Origin: Lingula anatina
Taxonomy: Eukaryota > Animalia > Brachiopoda
DNA: 64,000 nt
Direction: 5' to 3'
NCBI GenBank assembly: GCA_051362555.1
Contig: CM120644.1
Span: 15,584,534-15,648,533 of the forward strand
The notes under the pieces were generated by a model, which worked only from the letters and a program-made list of their open reading frames with translations, did not search any database and had not been told where the DNA came from. The translations under genes and the position numbers were made by a program. Shown here one piece after another: positions 44,251 through 56,825 of the stretch (positions are counted from its first letter, which is position 1; the number at the start of each line of letters is the position of its first letter).

Positions 44251-45554
44251 CACCATGCATATTTGCAGAGCTTGTGCTTAATTAAGGTAACATTACATAC
44301 ATCTTTTTCCTAAACCGACAGAAGACAATGGGCTGTTCACCTTGGATATTGCGGGATTTGGTGAGAAAGTCGTATACTGTAACGGTGGTTGGGTCGTTGT
44401 TATGAGGAAATATGACAACTCGGTTGATTTTAACCGAACCTGGGCCTCGTACAGGGACGGATTCGGTGACCCAAATGACCAGTTTTGGCTGGGAAACGAT
44501 GCTCTCCACGCGTTGACCAATCAAGGGGATTACTCCATGCAGATTGACATGAAGTCCTGCAATGGCAACTATTACTACGTAAAGTGGAGATTGTTTCGTA
44601 TTAACAACGAGGCTGCGAATTACGCCATAACTGATATTATTGTTGACTCCTACAACACTTCGACAAATTACCGTTTGGCTGAGGTTCTAGGTTGGAGATT
44701 TGGAACGACTGATAATCCAGTTCGGAGGTATCCAGCGAGCTGCTCCAAAATTTTCGGTACGTTACCGACTGGTGGATCCAGGATTTTGCTTTTTGAATTA
44801 TATCTTGCATCATGTTCAGTATTGTAGTTTATATTTTTGTTATTGCATGTTATCAATTTGTATGTCCTTTTATTGTTGTTTTGATAGTTTTGTACATAAG
44901 CTTACTTTTTTTCACTCTTAAGTTTCTATAGTTTATTTGTGACTAACCCCATGAGGAGAATGGGGGGGGGGGGGGCTAAATTAAAACTGACCATGCTTTT
45001 ACCCTCAATAGATAAACAACAATAATAAATATATAAATAATTGGTGATTTAACTCTCACTCCTTTCCCTTTCCCAGCTACATCATCTATCTCCATTTACG
45101 TATATTTATCACTTAAATTACTTAAATTACAAAGACAGTCACCACAAAAAAGTTCCACACTGCCCTGGGTACGTACAGAAAATAAGACAGAACGGACGTT
45201 TAGTTTATTCAGCTTTTGTAAGTGCCAATTATTATTCGGAGAACACAAGAGATATTTACAACACAACAGTTTACCATCAGTCCGTCCCAGATGTTGAACT
45301 TAAAGCCAGTTTAGCAGAAAACACATGAAAATAAATAAATAAATAAATAAAAACAAGCGCGAACTGAAATTAACCTCTTTTCTTTTTCAGGTGGCGGGTG
45401 GTGGTTTAAAGATTGCACTCGCTGGTACCTCACCGGGTATATGTCTTGCAATCCATCCATAATCGGAATGAAGTTCGCTGCTATTACTGGAGTGAACTGC
45501 GACATTGGCTGTAGGCTCGAGGCCGGTACCATGAAGATTAGGCGAAACACTTAA
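38897..45554 (+). CDS. Secreted PAN/apple + fibrinogen C-terminal domain (FReD) protein, 321 aa; exons 38897-38969, 42033-42212, 42693-42775, 43725-43755, 44322-44756, 45391-45554
   Basis: Six phase-consistent GT-AG exons sum to 966 nt. Signal-like MALRGCLQRRTLLILAVGLTFHQ; apple motif SPLECVTLCKTTPGCLSCNF..GNCELN; FBG motifs PDC, VYCNGGWVVVMRK..SVDFNRTWASYRDGFG..FWLGNDALHALT, GGGWWFKDC, MKIRR. Confidence 0.88.
40953..41412 (+). repeat. Two-copy ~240-bp tandem duplication in FReD1 intron 2
   Basis: gtcatttg.tataggagc.cagatgatgagttaagc...ttgaaggacc occurs twice; single copy at ~63222-63430 in the paralog. Confidence 0.85.
43810..44002. mobile_element. Degenerate MITE in FReD intron
   Basis: CGGTTTCA..ACTTAAGTCAG inverted against CTGACTTAAGT..TGAAACCG. 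Confidence 0.5.
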
Positions 45555-48500
45555 ATTACCAACATATAAACTACATGGCAATTTTTATGGTCTCCACATT
45601 TACAGACGTGTGACAAAAGTATCACACCATCTTACTTGAAGGTGAACAATAGCCGGATTTCTTAGGTTTTTCGATTGGCATTTTATTGAAAGATGGTTAT
45701 TTTAACTCAGTATCTTTACAACAGCTTTAATGACCAGTGTTTTTCCCCTATTTTGTTAGTAATAACCGTTCGTAGTATAACCAGGAGATCTCATTATGGC
45801 CACCACCCTTTATGGGTATGGACTCCTAAAGGTTCAGTTATCTTTTCAGGGCTGTGCTGCCTCAGGCTCTAAAGAAACGTTGGTTTAGAGCATTTCTGGT
45901 TAAGTAGCGATCCTTTGCCACTGTTGCATAAAATACCATTAGGTATTGGTAAATGTATTATTCAATATACTCTATATTATGCATGGAGTGTTATTGGGTT
46001 AGTCGAAGTTACTGTATTATTACTGTGACGTATAAATGTTGCTGTTAAGCATTACAATGAAATATTGATGAATGATTATCGCAAAGTGACGTATACTCGA
46101 TTTCAACGACTTATTCTTAAAATTACAAGGAATGAAATTTGTTCTGATCTTATTCTTAGTATAATGGCACATTGTCCTAATTGTAAATATATTGAGCATT
46201 AATGCATGAGGCATAGATTTATGCAAGGCGTCTTTTACTCCATCGAGATACGAAGTTTTGGTGATTTACAAGTTTTATGTCATTTAGTATTTGTTTGCTT
46301 TAAAAAATGAGCGTATGTTGTGAAGATTTGGAATTGGAGGGCGAATTCTTTTGAAGAAAGGGTATATGATGTAAAGTTAATGGCTTACACTTAAACTAGT
46401 TGCAAGTAATAATTAAAGAGGAGTAAAACGAGTAAATGGATAGGGAGTTATTGAGTGTAAATAAATTTATTGTAAGAGTCATCAAATGTTAAAATTGTTT
46501 TCGTGGTAAAAAAGATAGAACATGTCAAAGTTACATGTAGTTTGATTTGGTTGGAATAGAGTCTCTGCCACGTGTTAAAGACATGCAGACTATGGTTAGA
46601 TATGGTAAAAGATGAGTTATTCAAATGATATTTCAAGTCTTTTAAATTGACAACAAGTCTCTTAGAAAACACCTTATTAGGAAATGTTTAATGGAGGGAT
46701 ACAACACGAGAATGGAAATACCCTTGTTATCACGCAAAGATAGTGCCCGATTAGTGCGGAGAAATTGAGTATAAAAACTTGTGAAATTGTATGATAAGAG
46801 AGTCGGTAAATAAATGTTTTGAACGCTCCGTCGTTATTGTCACTATAACAGTGCTATATATTGAATTGTTTCAGATTTGTCTGTAAATGTGCTAATGCAA
46901 ACCGGTATTCTATTTTCAATGCAGTTTTTGTGAATTGCGTAACATTTGACTATAAAATCCCCATGGCCGAGCAATGCTCAGTGAGTCGTAGGGTATTGCT
47001 GTTGTTCTTTTTGAAGGAAATTGGATTTGGTGGGAAAATTCCCAATAGGAACCTTGCGCAATGGTTGACGCAACGGCCACCGGCACACCAAACGCATCAT
47101 TATCAATTCCTGTGATATCGATGAAAGGCATAGTGCAAGGGCGAAGTAAGCCGTCCTCTGGGTCTTCCGGAAGATTATTTTAAGTTTATATTGACGGGCG
47201 TCTTTTTTTTTTTTTTTCTGGTGGAAGACGGTAAAAATGGAGGGTGGATCAATAAAGATAAATGGGAAAACTGAGTCATTCTATTTTCAAGAGGGGAGTA
47301 TTAGTGTGATTTTTTTCAGAAACCGAAGGGGGTGGGGGCCAGACCACTGCCCCCCCTTAACCCACCATTATTGTATGTTTGATGGATAAACAGGAGTTTG
47401 GTTATGAAGGCCCAGGGCAAGCAAAGCTAAAAAAAAACATTTTCTGTCAACTTTTAAATCCATTTTACCAGAAATATAAGCGTGGTATTGAATTCCTATG
47501 TCTGACAATAGCAGGATAGTTGGAGACTGATAAAGTGCTATCAAAAAACATTGTCGTTAATATTGATCCCATTAAATGAATGTGTAAATGAAATGGCAGG
47601 ATACACAAGGTGAAAAAGCAATCCCCACTAACATATATCTCAACCAAATGATGTGTGCGAACTGATTAATTTCGCACCGTTGATTACGTATCGTTTGGTT
47701 TTATAAACAAAACTGATGCAGTTATGGTCGTCGTTCCTTTATTGACACTTAAAAGACAGTACAAGCATTTATGCTCTAGGTTTTCTTATGTCTGTCCAAA
47801 TGCACAAATACGCATAAATCCTCAGAGAAAAGTACTGATCTCTGTCAAAAACGCACACAAGGTGGAAATGATAGCACCGTAAGTACCTGTTCATTTGGCT
47901 GAAGCCCAGCGAATATCAGTGGCATGATAAATACAAAATAAAAGAGTAATTTTACTTCAGAACTCGAGTAAACTAGAGTAAAGAGTAGTTATAGTACTGG
48001 CGAGTTTTCAATGTTGCCTGATAAAATATGCCCATTTTTCATTTTTTTTTTTATCAAAAATGATCCATTGTCACTTAAATGTTTGACCTCCCTAGGTATT
48101 TTCTTGTATTGTATTTGAGGTACTTGACAGCCGGATTGATTGAAAGTGCCATTTTACACTGCTATTGAATTGCCATTTTATGGTTAGAAAAGTCTTATGT
48201 CTAAGTGCAGGCAGATATCATATTTAACAACAACAACAAAAAAAGTCATTTGGGAGAGAAATTGCTCACTGACCTTGACCTAGATTTTTGACGTGAACTT
48301 GGCTACGTGAAGTATATATTTTCCCCTGACTGGTAAGGATTGCATGTTTTGCAGCAGACATTGACAAAGGATTTTATTCTTGACACAGTGGGCTTTTCTG
48401 AGAATTGCATTGTTGGAGTAGCTGATCTCAGTGTTACCTCTCATATAAAAGGTCTGCTATTTTTGACGATAAAATCATATTTTTTCAATAAGATAACTCA

Positions 48501-49589
48501 TGTCCAATATAATAAAGGGCTTATATTAGTAATCGTGGTACTCATTATAACATATCATCACCATTTATATTGTACAATTTTGCTAGATAGTTAAAATATT
48601 CCAAAATTTGGATCCGATTAGCAGTGTGCAATTATGATAGGCAACTAACATCACTGTCATTGTTATGTAACTTGTCTGGAGTGCTCTCAGTTGTGAATAG
48701 AATCCAGTGTTGAATCGTTTTGTAAAATATACAATTATAACTATCTGCTGTACATAGTGGCAACATTAAGGATTCGAACTACCTGTACTGCTGCTGCTAC
48801 ATTGCAACTTTAACTTAACTGATTGTATAGTGTATATATTGGTCAGGATAGCTGTGTAGATGTAGAGATGTAGTGTAAAAGCACAGTTCAGTTATTTCCT
48901 TCCCTTTTGCTTGTGTAAGCACATCTATATGAATTTCTGGCAGGGCGAGAGGGGATAAATAAATATTATAACACAAAGTTGTCTGTTTATGTTGTCTTTA
49001 AAAGGTGTGCTCACCCCTTTCCCCTCCTCTCTTTCTCTTTATCGCTCGCGCGTATCTTTATGTTCTTACCTGATTTTTCTCCTGCTGAGCTTCTTATTTT
49101 ACCTACAAATCGTTACAATCCCCATAAAATTATTTCAATCGTGATTACGATATTTTCGTCTAGTGTCGGAACAAATGAATAACATAAAAAGTAAATGAAA
49201 ACAATTTTGCCCAGGGGATAAAACCCCCTCTTGTAGCCATTTTTATCAGAGACGTAAAAAAACTGGGAAGCCGTTTTAGTCGGTGAAGGTTGGCTTACCC
49301 ACCTTCAACTTGTACAATATAATGCCCCCGTCCTGTGGCCTGTGTTCATTGCCATTTTTCAGATGATTTAATGTGGCGTATAGGTAGTCGACAATGCAAA
49401 TGGCAGAAGACGAATATCAAGCAAAAGACGCTTCGAGATCAAATAGATCAAAACACATTAGACTCAGCGTGTGTGTGTTTCTGACAAAATGATCGAGTCT
49501 GTCATTTAGATTTTTAACTGGTTTCGAAATATGTGTGTGTGTGTGTATGGGGGGGGGGGGCTTTGCCAATATAATTAATCTGCACTATT

Positions 49590-50430
49590 TTCTCCCATTT
49601 CACCATTTTATTAACCACGGTGGCCCACTTACAACAGAGTAAGAGTATCTTTTCCGAGTCCTATTTAACTTTCGGATGCTTTGAGAATAATTCCTATTAC
49701 AATTAGCACGGTTTGCATCAAACGCTATCTTTTAAAAGCCTGTCATATTCCCAAGTGTCGCAGAAGGATATAACAACAATTGCAGAACAATTACATTATT
49801 AATTTTGATCAAGTCAGTCACTGTTGCAATAACGCATTAGTGGGTTTGGATTTCAACTGTTTGCATTTCCTGTCATGATGTATTATTCAGCTGTGTTCAC
49901 ACGCTATGATCTCATTCTTCATATTGTCTATGTATTGAGATTGCAAGTCGCGAAAAACGACTTTTGGACTGATTTCAAATGGTGTGTGCGTGTGTGTGTG
50001 TATGTGTGTTTGTGTGTGGAGGTGCAGGCGTGGCAACCTAACTATTCTACACTAGTTTCTCCCAATACGTTCCCTTTATTAACCACGGTGACACACGTAC
50101 AGCAGAGTAAACATTCGTTTTGGCGAATGTAATTTAATTCTTGGGTGCTTTGAGAATAATTCATATTTCCATTAGCACGATTTGCATCAAACTCTATCTT
50201 TTGAAGGTAACTCATATTTCCAATTGGTACAGAAGGATATAACATCAATTGCGGAATAATTAAATTATTAAATATGGTCAAGTCATGCAGTTACGGTTGC
50301 GGTAAAGCATTAGCGAGTTTGGATGTCAGCTGTTTGTATTTTTCATCTTGATAAATTATTCAGCCATGTTCACTCCCCATGATCTCATTCTTCGTATTGT
50401 CAATGTTTTGAGATTGCAAGTCGAGAAAAA
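49590..50430 (+). repeat. Two-copy ~470-bp tandem duplication upstream of FReD paralog 2
   Basis: ttaaccacggtg at 49611 and 50079, each followed by homologous sequence; single copy at ~38146. Confidence 0.8.
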
Positions 50431-50637
50431 ACAGATTCTTTTGTTAAATATTTAAAGCACCACTCGCAAAAGAGGCGCTTTATAGTTTTTATACATGAAG
50501 GTACGGCGTGCCACGTATTTAATTCCCTGGTAAAAAGCCACTGCGCAGCGACAGAGACATTTCGTCAGAAGTCATTGGCTAATAAGGTATGTGAACATTA
50601 ACTCACGTACAACGGGGTTGACAGATTTGAGACACCC

Positions 50638-51223
50638 TGTAAAGGACATAACCTGTCACCCCTACCATATAGTATAGTCCACACACCCCTATTAATAATA
50701 GGCACTGCCACTTACCACTTAGCATGAGTAGTTGATTAGACAGACAGCTTAGGTGCAAGCAGTTGAGTTTATGCAGACATCCAAGAAGATAGAAATTTGT
50801 CATACAAAAAGAGGACAAAAAAATTGTAAGTTTCATGTACTTTGCTTTTAACAACTGTCATTGTTACTATCAAATTCATATTGAGTGAAAATTTAGTTTT
50901 AGGGAAATATATTGTGGTATTTAAAAGTCTCGGTAAAATTTGGGTGTGGACTCGTGGATAATTCAAAAGAAGTGTCATTTTTCTTTATTATTTAATGTAT
51001 TCACTTTATTAATATTTATTTATCTGTTTGTTTCTTTATTTCTATATATAATGTGCTCTAGGTTTTTTATCAGTTATTTAAGCATTTTTTCTTTTATTTT
51101 ATTTACAGATTTGAACCATACACACATGAGTATCTTCACACAAGTTTGTGTAAAGAGACAATAAACTAACCGTATGAGTACAAATACAGTCTTCTCTTTT
51201 GTATTGAAGTGTCACCCGTCACA
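50638..51223 (+). repeat. 5' LTR
   Basis: TGTAAAGG...GTCACA, direct repeat of 57257-57842, AATAAA at 51160. Confidence 0.97.
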
Positions 51224-51322
51224 TTTCAAGTTCAAATAATTTTTTACTGCGTCACCTGACTGTGTATTCAAGTCAAGCCAGCAAAGAAGTCAGTCTATGT
51301 CACACCTTTACGTCACACCAGT

Positions 51323-54300
51323 ATGTCGACAAAGAAGACAAAGGAGTCAACCCCAAAACCTGAAAGTGAGTCCAAACACCCTGTGAGAGACAGCAGTGCT
51401 GCAGAGCAAATAAATGAACTGGAGAAAGCCATAGCCTGTAGTCATGTTAGTAGCAAAAAAACCAAAGTATCAGTCAGCAGTGAGAAGGCCAGGTTAGCAG
51501 CAAGAAGAAAACTATTAGAAGTAGAGGCAGCAGCAATGAAGGCACAGCAGCAGCTAGAAAAGGAGGAGATGGAAATCAAGTTAAAGCGGGAATTGGAAGA
51601 TTTGCAGATGAGACAGAGGAAGGCAAGTTTACGTTTAGAGGCAGACATTTCTATCACAGCAGCAGAAGAGGAAGCATTAGAGCAAAAGACACCAGACAGT
51701 TTACTCTCTGCACGCCACAGTAACCAGAGTATTAGTGATGACCTCACCAGTGAAAACCTTGCTGAACATGATGCAGTTCAACCAAGTTCCCAGAAAGAAG
51801 TAAGTGCATGGGTTGAAAGTGTTAAGCCAGAGGAGTGTGTACCTAGTGCCATTCAGATACAGCAGAGATTAATGGACATTGCACTCTTACCTAAAACAGA
51901 GATGAGCAGTTTTGATGGCAACCCACTGAAATATTGGTCTTTCATACGTACATTTGATAGTGTGGTAGAAAAAGAAACTATTGACTGTGCTTCAAAACTT
52001 TTGAGGTTAGTTCAGTATTGTTCTGGAAAGGCGAAGAAAGTTATTGAATGTTGCTTAGCTATGGAGCCAGCCCTGGGGTATAAGAGAGCAAGAGACTTGC
52101 TTAAGCAGAGGTTTGGAAACTCTTTTCTTATATCTGAAGCTTGGATAAAGAAAGTATCCGAAGGGCCGTACATAAAACCCAATGATAAGATGGCATTAAG
52201 AGACTTTTCCGATGATTTACAAGTATGTCTAGAAACTTTGAAGGCAAGTGATCATCTCCAAGAAATCAACACCCAGTCAGCACTTGTTAGAATAGTAGCA
52301 AAGTTACCAGCTTATCTTCAGTCCAGATGGAGGAAGCAGGTCTTAGGGATACGCAGACAGGACAGACAACCCACTATAGAGGACCTCTCACAGTTTGTCC
52401 AGGATGCAGCTGATGAAGCGAATGACCCAGTTTATGGTAACCCCTTTGATCAACAGAAAACAGTTCAGAAAAGCAGGCCAAACAGAGGTCAAGACAGGAG
52501 CTCCAGTTACAGTGCTACAACATCCAGTTTCCAGCCGCAGCAGACCACATCTAGGCCAGAAACTGATAAGATTTGTCCCCACTGCAGTGGCTGTCATTCT
52601 CTCTTTGGTTGTGATATATTTAAAGGCATGAAGGTTGAGGATCGCTTCAAATTCGTACGTTCAAACAGGCTGTGTTACAATTGTCTTAACCCTGGTCATG
52701 TTGCACAGAAATGCGGTTTAAAAAGAGTCTGTTCAGTTCCAAACTGCGGAAAAAGACACACAAAGTTTCTCCACATGCCAGTGCCAGGTTTCCAAAGAGG
52801 AGTCGCAACTAACACACCACAGAGCACCTCTAACACAACCCAAGGTAGCAGTGGTTACATAGGTCAAGAATCCCATCCAGGCAACATGATGAGCCATAGC
52901 AGAGTTGTTTTACCCATAGTTCCTGTGACAGTCAGAGGAGTCAACTCTCCAATTGAGGTAACAACATATGCTCTTCTTGATAGTGGATCTACCCATTCAT
53001 TTTGCTCCGTCGAACTATGTAAAAGGCTACAGATTAGAAGCACCACCAGCACCACTATGTCATTAACCACACTTGAAAGGGCCAACAGTAAAGCGGAGAC
53101 TTCAGTGGTGAGCTTGGAAGTCAAACAAGTTGGAGGAAGTGATAAAGTGTTACTACCACGTGTATTCACCAGAACACAGCTGCCAATCAACATAGAACAC
53201 ATGGCAACACCCACAGACATAAGGCAGTGGTCACACCTCAAGGATCTGCAAATACCGCCTGTAGATGTTAAGGATGTTACTATGCTAATTGGTCAAGACA
53301 ATCCTACAGTTCTATTGCCACATGAAGTACGACATGGTTGTTTGAATGAGCCGTATGCAGTAAAAACTATACTGGGATGGGCGATAAGTGGACCAATGCA
53401 AATGGACAACTGCCAAGCCAGAACAAAGGAGCCTAAAGTGACATCAAACTTTCTAACATTAGAAGATCAGGTCGCAAAATTTTGGAAAGTTGAAGACATA
53501 GATGATCTTACTGATGAGAAGGCCATGTCATACAATGATAAGAAGACACTAAGTATGTGGGAAGAAACCTTGCAGCAGAATGAAGATCGTCATTATGAAG
53601 TTTCTATTCCATTCAGAAAAAGACCACCAACATTGTCCAACAATCTTCAGATAGCCCAGCAGCGACTAGGAAATCTGCAGAAAAAGTTGACAAAAGACCC
53701 AGTTTTGAAGAAAAACTATTGTTGCTACATGAAAGATCTGTTAGAATGCGGATATGCAGAGAAAACACCTTTCTCAACTGAACAAAATGACATGCCTACT
53801 TGGTATTTACCTCACCATTCAGTGATAAATCCCAGAAAACCAGAGAAAACAAGAGTTGTATTTGACTGCTCAGCAAAATACAAAGGGACTTCCTTGAATG
53901 AACAAGTATACCAGGGGCCGGATCTAACTAACAGTCTACTAGGAGTCCTACTTAGATTCAGAGAAGAGCCAGTGGCGATAATGGCAGACATACATGTACA
54001 GTCCATGTTCCATCAAGTAAAAGTTCCCCTCAGTGAGAGAAGTGTGTTGAGTTTTTTATGGTGGCCAAATGGAGACTTGTCTCAACCAGCTGTAGACCAC
54101 AGAATGACAGTACATTTATTTGGTGGTACATGGTGTCCGAGCATTTGTAGCTTCGTCCTTAGACATACAGCTGAAGTGAACCAGACTGGTTGTGATGAAT
54201 CAGTTGTGGAAACGGTCAAGAAGAATTTCTACGTAGACGATTGCCTAAAGACACTACCAGACGTAGAAACTGCAGTGAAGTTTATTCCCCAGTTATGCGA

Positions 54301-56227
54301 GTTGCTAGAATCTGGAGGGTTTAAACTAACTAAGTGGATGAGCAACAAACATGAAGTCTTGGAATCTATCCCAGTCCAAGAGAGAGCCAAAGGTGTTGAA
54401 GTCAACCTCAGTCAACAAGCGTTACCTACAGAGAGAGCTCTAGGTGTTTATTGGAATGTTGAAGAGGATGTTTTTTGTTACAAGATTGCTCTTAAAGAGA
54501 AACCTTTGACCAGAAGAGGTATTTTGAGTATGGTCAGCAGCATATTTGATCCCTTAGGTTTTGCCAGTCCATGTATCTTGCAGGCAAAGAAGATCCTACA
54601 AGAGTTAACCAGACAGAAATTACAGTGGGATGAACCAATACCAGACCAGGAGAGAGAGAAGTGGTTGGAATGGCACAGTAACCTAAAAAGGCTCGAAGAA
54701 ATGAAGATCAATAGATGTGTGAAATTCTCAGTTGACACAGACATAGTTGATCATTCTTTACATTTCTTTTCTGATGCATCAGAAACAGCATATGGAACAG
54801 TAGCATATCTTCGCACCGTCTGCAAAGATAGAGTACATTGTTGTTTATTGATGGCCAAATCAAGACTAGCACCAATCAAGAAAGTGACAATACCAAGACT
54901 AGAGTTAATGGCAGCGACATTATCAGTGAAATTAAACCACGTGATACTCAAGCACATTGACTTCAGAGTTTCAGAGTCTGTTTTTTGGACAGATAGTGCA
55001 ACAGTACTCAGATACATAACCAATGAAGACAATCGGTACAAGACCTTCGTCGCCAATCGAGTGACAGTAATCAGAGAAGGTTCACAGCCGAACCAGTGGC
55101 ACTATGTGGATTCCAAAAGCAACCCAGCGGATGACGTTTCAAGGGGACAAACAGCAGACCAACTTCTCCATAACAAGAGATGGAAAGAAGGACCAAGTTT
55201 CCTACGGAAAAATGAAGAGCAGTGGCCAAGTTTACCAGGTGACACATTACATGCAGACAACGACATGGCTCTGGAAGTGAAAGTCACCTCACATGTGACT
55301 CAGGCTCAGAGATCAGAAGACACGGCTGTTGACAAGATATTTCATAGGCAGTCTTCGTGGTATAGACTAAAAAGAGATGTAGCTTGGTGGTTACGTTTCA
55401 AAAACTGGCTAAAAGCTAAAGTACAGGTCAATGCAAGTTGTGACAGTGGATCACTTACTGTTGATGAGTTACAAAGAGCCAGTATTGAAATCATCAAATA
55501 TGTACAGAGACAAGCATTCAGCGAAGAAATAGCAGCACTCAAGAAATCAGACCCTACCAATGCCAAATTGAGACATAAAAATCTGCATCGTCTCGACCCT
55601 CAACTGTCAGAAGACGGTGTACTTGTAGTAGGAGGAAGATTGACTCAAGCTCCAATACCACATGACGCCAGACATCAAATGATATTACCAAGACATCACA
55701 TAGCTGATTTGCTGATCCGACAGTTCCACATTGATTCAGGTCACTCAGGTAGAGAATATGTTTTATCAATGACAAGGGAACAATTTTGGATATTAGGAGC
55801 AAGAACAGCTATTCGCAGAGTAATTAATGATTGCTTCACATGTAGAAAAAGACAATCTCCCTGTAGCACACAGAAGATGGCCAATTTGCCTGCCAGCAGA
55901 GTCACACCTGGAAACCCGCCATTCACATACACAGGAGTCGACTACTTTGGACCATTCCACGTTAAACAAGGCAGAAAACTTGTGAAGCGATATGGGTGCA
56001 TTTTCACTTGTTTAACCATCAGGGCTATTCACATTGAGATAGCACATTCACTGGATACCAGTTCATTCATTAATGCATTACAGAGGTTCATCAGTCGACG
56101 GGGCATGCCCAAGGAGATCAGTTCAGACAATGGCACAAACTTCACAGGTGCAGATAGGGAGCTGAAAGAAGCAGTACAGGGATGGAACCAAACAAAACTA
56201 GGTGAATTTTTCAGACAGAGAGATTAA
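51323..56227 (+). CDS. Bel/Pao Gag-Pol polyprotein (Gag with three Cys/His knuckles, aspartic protease, RT, RNase H, integrase N-part)
   Basis: 1634-aa ORF: [80 protein letters not shown]. Confidence 0.95.
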   Translation: MSTKKTKESTPKPESESKHPVRDSSAAEQINELEKAIACSHVSSKKTKVSVSSEKARLAARRKLLEVEAAAMKAQQQLEKEEMEIKLKRELEDLQMRQRKASLRLEADISITAAEEEALEQKTPDSLLSARHSNQSISDDLTSENLAEHDAVQPSSQKEVSAWVESVKPEECVPSAIQIQQRLMDIALLPKTEMSSFDGNPLKYWSFIRTFDSVVEKETIDCASKLLRLVQYCSGKAKKVIECCLAMEPALGYKRARDLLKQRFGNSFLISEAWIKKVSEGPYIKPNDKMALRDFSDDLQVCLETLKASDHLQEINTQSALVRIVAKLPAYLQSRWRKQVLGIRRQDRQPTIEDLSQFVQDAADEANDPVYGNPFDQQKTVQKSRPNRGQDRSSSYSATTSSFQPQQTTSRPETDKICPHCSGCHSLFGCDIFKGMKVEDRFKFVRSNRLCYNCLNPGHVAQKCGLKRVCSVPNCGKRHTKFLHMPVPGFQRGVATNTPQSTSNTTQGSSGYIGQESHPGNMMSHSRVVLPIVPVTVRGVNSPIEVTTYALLDSGSTHSFCSVELCKRLQIRSTTSTTMSLTTLERANSKAETSVVSLEVKQVGGSDKVLLPRVFTRTQLPINIEHMATPTDIRQWSHLKDLQIPPVDVKDVTMLIGQDNPTVLLPHEVRHGCLNEPYAVKTILGWAISGPMQMDNCQARTKEPKVTSNFLTLEDQVAKFWKVEDIDDLTDEKAMSYNDKKTLSMWEETLQQNEDRHYEVSIPFRKRPPTLSNNLQIAQQRLGNLQKKLTKDPVLKKNYCCYMKDLLECGYAEKTPFSTEQNDMPTWYLPHHSVINPRKPEKTRVVFDCSAKYKGTSLNEQVYQGPDLTNSLLGVLLRFREEPVAIMADIHVQSMFHQVKVPLSERSVLSFLWWPNGDLSQPAVDHRMTVHLFGGTWCPSICSFVLRHTAEVNQTGCDESVVETVKKNFYVDDCLKTLPDVETAVKFIPQLCELLESGGFKLTKWMSNKHEVLESIPVQERAKGVEVNLSQQALPTERALGVYWNVEEDVFCYKIALKEKPLTRRGILSMVSSIFDPLGFASPCILQAKKILQELTRQKLQWDEPIPDQEREKWLEWHSNLKRLEEMKINRCVKFSVDTDIVDHSLHFFSDASETAYGTVAYLRTVCKDRVHCCLLMAKSRLAPIKKVTIPRLELMAATLSVKLNHVILKHIDFRVSESVFWTDSATVLRYITNEDNRYKTFVANRVTVIREGSQPNQWHYVDSKSNPADDVSRGQTADQLLHNKRWKEGPSFLRKNEEQWPSLPGDTLHADNDMALEVKVTSHVTQAQRSEDTAVDKIFHRQSSWYRLKRDVAWWLRFKNWLKAKVQVNASCDSGSLTVDELQRASIEIIKYVQRQAFSEEIAALKKSDPTNAKLRHKNLHRLDPQLSEDGVLVVGGRLTQAPIPHDARHQMILPRHHIADLLIRQFHIDSGHSGREYVLSMTREQFWILGARTAIRRVINDCFTCRKRQSPCSTQKMANLPASRVTPGNPPFTYTGVDYFGPFHVKQGRKLVKRYGCIFTCLTIRAIHIEIAHSLDTSSFINALQRFISRRGMPKEISSDNGTNFTGADRELKEAVQGWNQTKLGEFFRQRD

Positions 56228-56825
56228 GTGGAACTTTAACCCACCAGCCGCCTCACACATGGGTGGATCATGGGAAAGACAGATCAGGACAATTCGTAAA
56301 ATATTAAGTGGAGTCATGAGGGAGCAGACCTTAGATGACGAAGGACTCTCTACACTTATGTGCACAGTGGAAAGCATAGTGAACAGTCGACCACTAACAT
56401 ATGTCTCAGATGATCCCAGAGATCCAGAACCGCTATCACCCAATCATTTGCTACTTTTGCGTTCAGGCCCAACACTTCCACCTGGTAGATTTCAGAAGGA
56501 AGATATGTACAGTCGTAAAAGATGGCGTCACATACAGTACCTTGCTGATTTGTTTTGGAAACGTTGGGTGAGAGAATATTTGCCATTATTACAAAGCAGA
56601 CAAAAGTGGATGACTGTAAGACGTGATATACAGATTGGTGATGTTGTTTTAATTGCAGATAACACCCCAAGGAACATGTGGCAAATTGCAACAGTCATTA
56701 AAACTTTTCCAGGGAGAGATGGACATGTAAGATCTGCAGAAGTACAAACTGTCAACACAACTTTGATGAGGCCTATAACCAAGTTGTGCTTATTGGAAGA
56801 GGTCTCAGAATGCAGAACTGTATGA
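56202..56825 (+). CDS. Frameshifted C-terminal part of the Bel/Pao integrase ([17 protein letters not shown]...RPITKLCLL)
   Basis: Continues the integrase in another frame and carries the third catalytic residue (E of WER). Confidence 0.9.
   Translation: MNFSDREIKWNFNPPAASHMGGSWERQIRTIRKILSGVMREQTLDDEGLSTLMCTVESIVNSRPLTYVSDDPRDPEPLSPNHLLLLRSGPTLPPGRFQKEDMYSRKRWRHIQYLADLFWKRWVREYLPLLQSRQKWMTVRRDIQIGDVVLIADNTPRNMWQIATVIKTFPGRDGHVRSAEVQTVNTTLMRPITKLCLLEEVSECRTV

Noticed and set aside
51442-56782. Antisense ORFs within the retrotransposon
   Set aside because: Shadow frames of the long pol ORF with no motifs.
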